DNA of 64,000 nucleotides from Nemertoderma westbladi. Taxonomy: Eukaryota; Animalia; Xenacoelomorpha. The position numbers and the translations under genes are program-made. Every line of letters starts with the position of its first letter. The stretch's first letter is position 1. The notes beneath the pieces are model-generated. The model saw only the letters and a list, made by a program, of their open reading frames with translations. It searched no databases and was not told the origin of the DNA. The DNA is taken from NCBI GenBank assembly GCA_032718475.1, contig JAUCBJ010007342.1, forward strand, positions 1 to 64,000, in the 5' to 3' direction. Positions 49,019 through 60,200 of the stretch are shown here, in pieces.

Positions 49019-50230
49019 ATTACCCTTGTAAAACACCTAGTACATATTTGCACAATTGCACTACTTTTCAGATAACCATCGAACACATACAGTATATCAG
49101 ATTAAAAAGAATGATAAATCTCACTGATCTCAGTAAAGAAATCATACTACCTCGAATACCCAAATTACATGCTAGTTTGTGGAGGAGGTAATTTCGTGTA
49201 ACACTGTCGAAAGCTGGTTAAAGCGGCGGGTTGAAAAGAATCAAAACAATAAACGAGAGTTAAGAATTGTTTTGACTTTTCCGCGTAGCGAGCAGGTGTA
49301 GACGTTACGCTCACTGTCTTACACCGCGCCAGTAGTGGCGGGTCCGAAATCGCGCCAATAGGGGGTACCACCCTACTAAAAAATTAAAACAAAAAAATAA
49401 GACATGAAACACAGTTTCAAGCCATTCGATAATAAATTGTATTGCCCCGGGTTCTCTCCTTAAACCATGTTGATCTGATCCATATGTTTATGGTACAAGT
49501 TGACATTTTTTCTTCCAGGCCTGTTAAATTTTTTCTTCACTGATGTAAAAGCCTAAGGTTTTTCGCTGAAATCCGCATTTTAACACGCAGAGAGAATATA
49601 ATATTTTTTAAGATAAGATTGCAATTGTGAATTTATTATTTACAAAAATTGAGTTTACTTAGGACTGGGAAAAGGGATTGGTGTTTTGGGTGAATGAGTG
49701 GTTTAATATTGCTAGTGACCTGCCTAGAATGCCCGATAAGGAACCGACCTTTTATTTCATAAAAAACAGTCAATTGGTAGCGGTTACGAAATTGAGTTTC
49801 TAGTTACAAATGTGAGAGTGCTGTACTAAATTGGAGTTCCTGATTACATATGTGTTTCTGGTTACAATTCAGTATTGTGGTTACAAATATGAGCACCCAG
49901 TTACAAATTAAACTGCCTAGTTCCAATTTAAAGTAAACAGTAATAAATCCAAGCTCCATGTAACAAAATATGTAGGCCTAACATAAATAGATATAGAGAG
50001 TGGCTTTGCAGCAAGTTGTAGTAGTTTGACATATCGAATTTGCGTGGGCCTTAAAGTTGGAAATCAAAAAAATATATTATACAATTGAAAGTGCCGGGCT
50101 ACCTTTATGTAATTGATGTTTTATTGAAATTGTAATTAATTAATTGTTATATGTTTTCTATAATTAATTATATTGGCTGAAGTCGTTTACTATATTTGTC
50201 ATGCGGGAAACTTTATCATAACAATATTTA

Positions 50231-52047
50231 TTAGCAAGTCGTTAGACTTGATTACTAGAGACGGGCCTAGCGGCCCGTGAAGCAAGTCGTAGGAGACAGT
50301 AAAAGCTTTTTGTTCTGTCTGATAATAAATTAGCGTGAGGGTAGTCCCGGTGGTGTACAATAAATTTTCTAGACAACTTCAAACTATAATTATTATGTTG
50401 TAATTAATCATCTAATGAATTATAAAAGCTGTTGTGATTATAGAAGATAAGAGAGCAGTTAGCGAAATGATTATTTTATTCTATCGGATAGAGTAGTCAG
50501 AGTCTCAGAGAGGAGTCGAGGTGTCAATTGATTAATAATAATAACAGCAGTTGTCATGAATTCAATACAATCGCGCACAAGAAGTGATAAGACAAATTCG
50601 TTCTTATTTTTGTAATAAATAAAACAAGTTGAGATGTTTCAATGTAAACCGCGATTAACAATTTACACTGTTCAATGTTAGCCGTATGGAGAATCATTAT
50701 GAGGCTGAGTAAACATACAGCCTCCACAGTATTATTAATTCCTGTAAGAAAAAAGCTACTGACTACTGCTACTGGCTATACTGACTACTGACTACAGACC
50801 TAGAGCAAAAACGGCGCTAACGATTTTGATGAAATTTTGCATGGACCATGAAAATGGATTTCTAAGGGTACTTGTGAAATCGCGGTTTAAATTGAAACAT
50901 CTCAACTTATTTTATTTCGAAAAGAAGCCCCAAAGCACGAAAATTGCCATAGGCGCATTGATAAAAACACCAGCTGGCACTCATGAAAAATGTATAGAGA
51001 TATGGCCTGGTAATGCATTCAATAGGAAGGGCAACTAACATAGAAGTACTTTCTCTGCCAAGTATTATCACTCGACTCTGCAACCCAGACAGTAAGCAAA
51101 CCTTAACGGGTGTAAACGCTACGCCGACAACCGACAGCCGACAACCAACGCCGACAACCATTATTAAAGCTAATTAATGTTAATTATTAATTGAGGGAAC
51201 GGAACAGGTTACAGTTTAAGGTTATTCTAACCAAAACAATAAACGAGAGTCACGAACTCAAGTTACATTTTCATTTTTGCTGTTGTCGGCAGTGGTTGTC
51301 GGCTGTTGGTTGTCGGCGTAGCGTTTACACCCAACATTAACTGGTTTAGCTGGCTATTACAGTCTCAGCTGAATAACTCTTCCCAATGTTAATTAATTGG
51401 CGTGCAAGCTAAATGACTGTTAGTTTCACAGTGTGTTGGCTACACAGTGTATTGTACTGTTGTACTATTGTATTGTATGATCTCATTGAATTATTGTTTT
51501 ATTTTGAAATCTTTGTGCCAACATTAATACTGTGGAGGCTGTATGTGGAGGCTGTAAGGCTGAATTTTTACTCAGCCTCATAATGATTCTCCATAAAGGC
51601 TAACATTATTGTTTGAAATATAAAAATCTGTTATAATAATAATATAATTGTTGTATTTAATTAATATCGAGGTTTACAGTGAACAGTGTAAATTGTTAAT
51701 CGCGTTTTACATTGAAACATCACATCTTGTGCTCGAGTGTATTGAATTCATGACAACTGCTGTTATTATTATTAATCAATTGACACCTCGACTCCTCTCT
51801 GAGACTCCGACTACTCTATCCGATAGAATAAAATAATCATTTCGCTAACTGCTCTCTATCTTCTATAATCACAACAGCTTTTATAATTCATTAGATGATT
51901 ACAACATAATAATTATAGTTTGAAGTTGTCTAGAAAATTTTTCGTACACCACCGGGACTACCCTCACACTAATTTATTATCAGACAGAACAAAAAGCTTT
52001 TACTGTCTCCTACGACTTGCTTCACGGGCAGCTAGGCCCGTCTCTAG
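50231..52047 (+). mobile_element. Non-autonomous Helitron/Helentron-like element with about 480-bp inverted arms
   Basis: Absent from the homologous site at about 7975-7985. 5' subterminal AGCAAGTCGT in a small stem-loop. 3' ACGACTTGCT, then hairpin ACGGGC-AGCTAG-GCCCGT, then CTAG|T. 50253-50735 is an inverted copy of about 51525-52049. Confidence 0.6.
51108..51332. mobile_element. 225-bp MITE (GGG termini, 3-bp TSD AAC; PIF/Harbinger-like)
   Basis: TIR GGGTGTAAACGCTACGCCGACAACC / GGTTGTCGGCGTAGCGTTTACACCC, with AAC on both flanks. Confidence 0.8.
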
Positions 52048-52652
52048 TATATTATATGTCATGACAACTAGAGGCCGCCGCCGCCCACTTGTTTAGGAGA
52101 ACTCTCTAGTGGATGCTACTTTTAAAATATCATGAATGATAACTGCACATGTCGTCCCTTTGCCTACGCTTTACAATTGTACCACTTTTATGGTACCACT
52201 TACTAAACTGTAGGTTTACCAAGATATAAACATTAATCGACAGACTTACTTCGCTAGCAATGTTATTTTTGATAGTATTTATCCATATTAAATGGTTCAT
52301 TTTAATGTATATAAATTATTGTTCATATTTATTGAAAAATTATTAAATATTTTAAAGGTACAGTAAATTAATTTGCAGTGAGTATTTATTTACTATAGAT
52401 ATTATATTATAATAGGGCAGTAAGTCATTTGGTGCCAAAATATTCCGCCTTTTTTCGTTGTTAAAGTAATCTCCACGGCAGGATAAATTTAATTAAATGC
52501 AAATAAATGCAAAATAAGTGTAAATTCATTTACAAATTACAAGTGTTGTAAAATGCATTAAATGCAGTGTAAATGTAAAATTTGCATTTATTTAATGCAA
52601 AACAGTATAAATTAATTGAGAACATCGGAGGGCAGGCCTTGTGGTAATACAT

Positions 52653-53798
52653 TACGCCCACCCCTACCCTTGGGTAGCAGATAGGAGTAACGCCCACCCC
52701 TACCCTCGGGTAGCAGATAGGAGTAGCGCCTAGCCCTACCCTCGGGTAGCAGATAGGAGTAACGCCCACCCCTACCCTCGGGTAGCAGATAGGAGTAGCG
52801 CCTAGCCCTACCCTCGGGTAGCAGATAGGAGTAGCGCCCACCCCTACCCTCGGGTAGCAGATAGGAGTAGCGCCCACCCCTACCTTCGGGTAGCAGATAG
52901 GAGTAGCGCCCACCCCTACCTTCGGGTAGCAGATAGGAGTAGCGCCCACCCCTACCCTCGGGTAGCAGATAGGAGTAGCGCCCACCCCTACCCTCGGGTA
53001 GCATATAGGAGTAGCGCCCACCCCTACCTTCGGGTAGCAGATAGGAGTAGCGCCCACCCCTACCCTCGGGTAGCATATAGGAGTAGCGCCCACCCCTACC
53101 CTCGGGTAGCAGATAGGAGTAGCGCCCAGCCTTACCCTCGGGTAGCAGATAGGAGTAGCGCCCATCCTTACCTTTGGGTAGCAGGTAGGAGGAGTAGCGC
53201 CCACCCCTACCTTCGGGTAGCAGATAGTAGTAGCGCCCATCCTTACCCTCGGGTAGCAGATAGGAGTAGCGCCCATCCTTACCCTCGGGTAGCAGATAGG
53301 AGTAGCGCCCATCCTTACCCTCGGGTAGCAGATAGGAGTAGCGCCCATCCTTACCCTCGGGTAGCAGATAGGAGTAGCGCCCCCCCTTACCCTCGGGTAG
53401 CAGATAGGAGTAGCGCCCATCCTTACCCTCGGGTAGCAGATAGGAGTAGCGCCCATCCTTACCCTCGGGTAGCAGATAGGAGTAGCGCCCATCCTTACCC
53501 TCGGGTAGCAGATAGGAGTAGCGCCCATCCTTACCCTCGGGTAGCAGATAGGAGTAACGCCAATCCCTACCTTCGGGTAGCAGATATGTGTAGCGCCCAC
53601 CCCTACATTCGGGTAGCAGATAGGAGTAGCGCCCACCCCTACCTTCGGGTAGCAGATAGGAGTAGCGCCTACACCTTCGGGTAGCAGATAGGAGTAGCGC
53701 CCACCCCTACCCTCAGGTAGCAGATTGGAGTAGCGCCCACCCCTACCTTTGGGTAGCAGATAGGAGTAGCGCCTACCCCTACCTTCGGGTAGCAGATA
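52653..53798. repeat. 33-bp minisatellite array, left part
   Basis: GGGTAGCAGATAGGAGTAGCGCCCACCCCTACC(C/T)TC units. Confidence 0.97.
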
Positions 53799-54113
53799 TT
53801 TTTTTTTTGATTGATGCGCTTGTTGGCGCCATCATCCGGACCAGCCGGCATTTAATTAGACTTCACTTTAGTAAAAACCAAAAATTACAGTATAGGTACA
53901 CATCAAAATTGCACTAATAGCACATCAAACACGTTATTAATAATGCATAACAAAACAGCATAATAAAATCATGGATCGTGATAAAAGTATAGTACAGTAT
54001 TGTTATAGGATAACATTAGACACATACCAACATTATTAACAATCATCATTAAATATATCACTACACACAGAACTCAATCGATATTTGTTGCAATGAGACA
54101 TTAATGCTTCCAC

Positions 54114-57100
54114 CTAAAATTGAAAGTAGTTGTGGACCAGGCTTACTTTGTTAGCGAAGGTTAAACCATTTGTAGCATAACAGGCTCTCAGAAAGTTGTA
54201 GCTACCAAAGTCTGTGGTAGTTGCTGCACCTTCATCCATCCGTGATCTCAGTTCCTCATTGGAGTAGGTATAGTTTAGCATATTAAACATGGATGGAAGG
54301 CCTGATGTCTGTCTAGCAATCTCGTATGTGTGACTCAGCCCCATCTTCACGTTATTTGACGCAAGTGAATTCGTCATCAACAAGTACCGCAGATTCTGCT
54401 GGAGTGACTCCTTTGGACATCGAGATATCCGTCTAATCAATCCAATTGAGCGTTCTGACACAAGATTACTAAGTGAAGATGCTCCATACAGCAAGCATAG
54501 AGCTGAGTTTGACACACGATTATTACAGTACATGAGACCACGCATGATTTTACGAAACTGTCCATTCAGCGATTCCACTTCAGTACCTGAAAGCATTCCA
54601 AAATTAAATTCTAGGCCATAAAGGATACCAGGCACAGCGACAGCATTCCATAGCCTGGCAATGCATTCCGCAGGAAATTGCCGTACTGTCCAACCCCTGG
54701 TGTGGAAGATCGCCCCCATTGACGATATCCTGCGTCGACATTCATTTAGAAGCTGGTATGGAGATTGGTAGAAAGTAAATCCAAGGAAAGATATTGACTT
54801 AGTGAACAGTACATTTGTACCAAGGATTGATAGCGTTCTGTCAGAGAGACTCTGCACTTTAGATGACCCATTTACCATTGTCCAGTGAGTTTTACTTATG
54901 GAGATAGAAAGTCCAATTTTCTTTAGCTCGGTATCCAGAAGTACCATCATATTGTCGATGTCCCCACCGCATTCAGCAAATAAAATGATATCGTCGGCAT
55001 AGTTGAGGATGGAGACACTGCGATTCATAATAATTCTACACCCCAGTCCAGAATTCTTAACAGCCTCAATTGCATCAGAAATATAAAAATTAAACAGGAT
55101 CGGTGAAAGGATAGATCCTTGCTTAACTCCATTTCTTGGAGTGAAGCTATTGATGTCAACCTCCTCACCAAATTTGAAAAAGAAACGGCCACTAAGGTAA
55201 TACTGCAGAAGGAGTCTACACACTGATGGATTTATAACACTGGATAACTTCTCAAACAGAACTCTGAAGTCAACTGTGTCGAATGCTGAGTCAATATCTG
55301 TCTGGCACAAGTACACTGGAGCTCGGCTACTGTTAAAGTGGTTTATAATCTCATATGCTAGACTGATAGAAGTGTCACACCCAATGCCTTTCTGGTACGC
55401 CATCGACAGCTCATGCGGTTTTATGACACTCCGAAGAAATTCTGAGAGGCAAATCGCTTCCAAGATCTTTGCAATAATATTGACCGTAGACACCGGACGA
55501 TATGAGGATGGATGAAATCTATCTTTCCTGTGACCCTTATAGATACATGTAATTATCGTCTCCCCAAGAAGTTGGGGACAATGACCTAGGCGCAACGATG
55601 TTCTAAAGATATTGTGGAGAACCCCTACAACAAGAGTTGGATTAAGAGCTAGTAGGTGCTCCACTACTAGTGATGCAGAGTCTGGCGACTTATTTTTGTT
55701 CAACGAGAGAATCGCAGTCCTTATGGTTTCTGATGAAATTTCGGGTACAGTTGAGTTGTTACAGATGAGATCAAGTTTGCTTTTGATATCGGTATAAACC
55801 TGTTTATCTTTTTTCTGTAGCTGATTCTGAATATGAGCCCGCACGGAGTCCCTTGAGTTTGCAGGAACATTATTACCACCATCATCTTTCAGACGACCTT
55901 TTGTGTCCATAGTTCTCCAGAAGGATCTATCGTTGTTTAGGTTTTTGACGAGGTGGCACTCTGCTAAGTTCCGAAACAATTTATTCTTCAGTCTCCGAGT
56001 AGCTTTCCGTGATGCCTTAATGTCCTTCAATAGAGGATCCTGTGGATCAGACCCATTCCGGAGCCAAAGGTGGTGCAGTTTGGATGTTGTTTTAGAGTAG
56101 TCCTTCAACCTTTCATTGCGAATACGTAGATTTCATGTTCTTTTCTGCATCTTCTTGTGAGGTATATTCTCAATGGCTGAACGGAAAATCGCTACAGAGA
56201 CTTCCAGAGTGAAGGAGTCCAGGTCATTTTTTGACCATGAGTCTGATGGGGGATAACATTCTAAGATTTTAGACATTTTCTGCTCGAAGGCATTATTATA
56301 TACTAGTATCTGACTAGAGGTAGCTTTCCCCCAGTGAAATCGAGTTAATTTACGAATATTTAAGCTTTCAGGTACGGTAGCACCACCAGGCAAGTCAAGT
56401 TCCATTGTAATTGCAAAATGATCTGAGAAGTTCATTTTATCTGGGGCTGAATTCACTGGATCCTCAAAGAGTACCTTACCTGAGAGTACCCGAAGCTGGT
56501 TAGTGCCAACAATATGGTCGATGTAAGATGTAGCTCCACTGGTATCACAGTGGAAGGTAAATTGGGGACCACTGATACATGATTTCGTATCTAGACATGA
56601 TGCATGTATGTTTTCTAAGAATTCTAAAAGGTTTCTTCCACGTTGAGTAGGCACTGTTCTACAGAATCGTGTGCAATTTGAACTACCAATATCAGCATTA
56701 AAATCACCCAGTACAATAGGCACTGCTGATGGATGTGCCACAATGGTATCCTCGAGTCTTCCAATAAAATCAGTGTACTCTTCTTGGGGCTTAGAAGCAT
56801 CAGGAGCATAAACACTAAGCATAAGAAGTTGTGACCCCATGAAGGAGGTTAGGGCACCAACAATGTCATCCTTGGAGCGTACCGGGCAGATATTTTTGAA
56901 AATTTTTGTATCAAGGATAAGAGCTACACCACCAACTCCTCTTTTCCTATTAGGATTGTTCATTTTTTCAGATACAGAAAATAGGCATCTAAAATTGCTG
57001 GACAGCCTTTTATTAAAAACTCCAGCCATCTCCTGGTGATCACACCAGTGTTCCTGTAGTGCTAGAATACAATTAGTACGTAGTAGTTCATCAACATAGG

Positions 57101-57236
57101 CAAGGTTTGTCGCAATTCCATGACAATTAAGAGTTGCGCAGTGTAAAGAGTTAGTATCGGTATCTTCTCGGCACACCAAATTCCCCTCCTGTACGACTTC
57201 CCCCCCTACATCTGGCAATGTGTCCTTGACGTCCAT
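54114..57236 (-). CDS. LINE ORF2 (APE endonuclease plus RT) interrupted by one in-frame TGA at 56133-56135
   Basis: ATLNCHG, LQEHW, GGVALI, SVYAP, LGDFN, SYIDH, SDH. SYRPVS, DIDSAFD, GVKQGSILSPILF, YADD, FLG, LYGLE. The two track ORFs share a frame (KRT*NLRIRNERLKDY). The start codon is uncertain. Confidence 0.9.
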
Positions 57237-60200
57237 AAAAGGGCACCGTTTGTTCCATCTTGTCTGTTGCATCAGTAAAAGCATACTGGCGGTATTCCCA
57301 TTCTACACATACAAATCCTTGTGGCCAGAATCCTGTTGAGGTTAGAGCACTGGCATCATTTGCATTCACCACTAACTGCATGTTCTTATCCCTATTGTAG
57401 AACCTTGTAGAAATTTTTAGCACTTTAATTCCCACCTCGTTACAGTATCCATCAATCAAACCCTCGGCACAGTCAGCCTTCATTCCAGTGAGATATAAGG
57501 TTTTAGTCTGAGCACACGTATCACCTTGATTTAACTGCCTTTTATTGTGATTGTATAATACTGGGTTAACCTTATCACTCTCACTACCTGGTCGTTTAAA
57601 TCTGTGGCCTGATGTCATTGATGACCCAAAAGGATGTGAGATAGGTTTAGAGTCTTCCAAATCATCAGGTGTATGACTAAGGACCGTGAACCTATTGTCA
57701 CAATTTACAGCCGGTCTACTGTTGTGTAGTCTTGTTTGGTGATGTAACTCATCTCTGGGCCTATGTGACTGCCTGACCATATGAAAAGGCTTTTCTATAT
57801 TACCTTCTATAACTCTGCTTTGTCTGACCTTATCACCATCAAGAATCTTTAGATCCCCATTGATACCAGGGCGAGATCTACCATGACCATGTGAAACTTG
57901 CATATTTCTGTTGAATGGACCTGTTGACACTGTTCTACTCTTACCCATATTCATTTCAAGACTCTGTGTTTGGTTGCTAGTATGACTCTCTATCGGTTTC
58001 CCCCATGCATTGTGGGTTAGTTTTCCTGTGGGGTTTTGAACATCTATGGGTTTGTCTGATACAATGTGCTGAACATGCTTCACATACTCATTATTACAAT
58101 CGCCCCTCTCAGTTACAGTATGTCTTCCTTGTGAGACCCTCAACGGATTACTCGCAACAGCACTATCACACATAACCGATCTTGTTATATGTCGTGTACG
58201 TCTCTCATTTTCAAGCTGATCCCTTAGATCTATATTTTCTTGCTCAAGAGACTTTACCCTTAGTTCCATTCCTGATAGTCTACTTTGTATGTGACCAATA
58301 AGTGCATGAATCTCCATGCTAGCAGGTGGTTGGGCAGGAAGGAATTCTCGCTTCAAACGTTTCTTACAGGCCGCTGTTAAGGTTCCATTTACACGTGATC
58401 TATGAAGCTCGAAAATGTCCTGTGCCAGTTGCGCTTCTGATGATCTATGGTTCAAGTGAAAGGTAACTGTCTCCGAAGCACTCAGAGTTGGTTTGATCTC
58501 TGAGAAAAGGCAGATGCGTGCATTCATGAGTTCATTAAACTTCCTATTACTTAACTTTGACACAGCATATTTACGGGGCAGTTGAAGAATCCTCTGTATA
58601 CTTTGGCTGATTGGTGAGACCATTAGTTTGGAAGGCGAGATGTGTTTCGATTCGTCCCTTCCTTGACAATTGGGTATCAAAGAACCAACCAGTACATCAG
58701 TTGACTTCCTAGTATTTGACGTCGGTGGTTCAAATTCATCGGGGGCATAGTATTTCACATTGTCCAGGCATTTAGAAATCCAATTTCTACATCTATCACT
58801 GTCAGTGTGAAAATGTGAAACTTTGGAGTTAGTGGCGATTGCGTTAGCAAAGAGGCAGACGTAAACTCCACAGTCATAAGAGTTCTCCTGTGTTGGGTAC
58901 TTGTGACCGCTAGGGGTAGTTGTAACTTTCCATGCATGCTGTCTTTCCCGGTTTTCATATTTGTCTATTGCCGGCTCACTGGTGGTCAGGTTGTCCATTA
59001 GGTTTAATAACTCACAGATTTGGAAAGCTATTTTACCTGGCAGTGATGCGGTTGATGAGATGGTGTATACAAGTCGCATCTTCAGATCAGCCACATGAAG
59101 AACAAAATGTTCTTTGTTATAACATTCTGGTATCAGTAAAAACTCAGGTCTGGCAGACATGTATTTGCCGAAATATGGAATGGCCATAAGTTGGATGGCG
59201 AATAAAGTATCGTATTTTTCCACTGCTAGTTTCTGACATAAATCACTTTGAACTGATGCCACATGTGGGAATTGCTTTCTAAGTAAGCCAAGAAAACTAT
59301 CCACTACAGTGTCGCTCAGCCACTCTTTACATTCTAGGGTTTTCATATCCTTTCGCTCAGGAAGGACGTTTGGTGGCTGATCATTGTTCAGTTGATTTAG
59401 GTATATGGTAATTTGTTCAAGATCAGCCATTTTGGGTTGTAAGTTTTTGTCAATTTTTTTGACAAAGTGTATATCTACATCATCCTCATTTTTATGAGCC
59501 CCAATTTTGTCCACGAAATGCACATCCGCTTCATCTACCTTAGTTTTATTTTCACTATGTCTCTTAGTGTTATCGCTTTCATTGAAAGTATAAACAATAT
59601 TTGTTTTACTAAAAGTTACCTTTTTTGTGAAAATTATGTCGTCTGTACATGATGAAACTTTTGGTTTAAAAAAATGAGTTATCAGATTTTTAGGATTAGG
59701 CATATACTGGGTTCCCCAGTTCTTTATAGCTAGAGTATCTGTTTGCAAACCCGGAGGGTCCATGGAAGACATTGGCGAGCGCCCACTCGTAGAATGGGGA
59801 TCCGCTGGTGATCCACTCGGAGGCGTGGTAACCGCTGGTGAACCACTCGGAGGTGGGGGAACCTCTGGCGAGCCACTCGTAGGCGGGAGATCCACTGGTG
59901 AACCACTCGGAGGCGTGGGAACCACTGGCGAACCACTCATAGGCGAGAGATCCGCTGGTGAACCACTCAGAGGCGTGGGAACCGCTGGCGAACCACACGT
60001 AGACGGCAGATCCGCTGGCGAACCACTCGTAGGCCGGAGATCCGCTGGCAAGCCACTCGGAGGCGTGGGAACCTCTGGTGAACCACTCATAGGTTGTGGA
60101 ACCGCTGGCGACCCACTCGTAGGCGGGAGACCCGCTGACGAACCACTCAGTGGTGGGGGAACTGCTGGCGAAACACTCGTAGGCGGGAGATCCGCTGGCG

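Noticed and set aside
2974-56135. Alternative genetic code (UGA=Trp)
   Set aside because: Dozens of Trp codons in the long ORFs are TGG and only three in-frame TGAs were seen.
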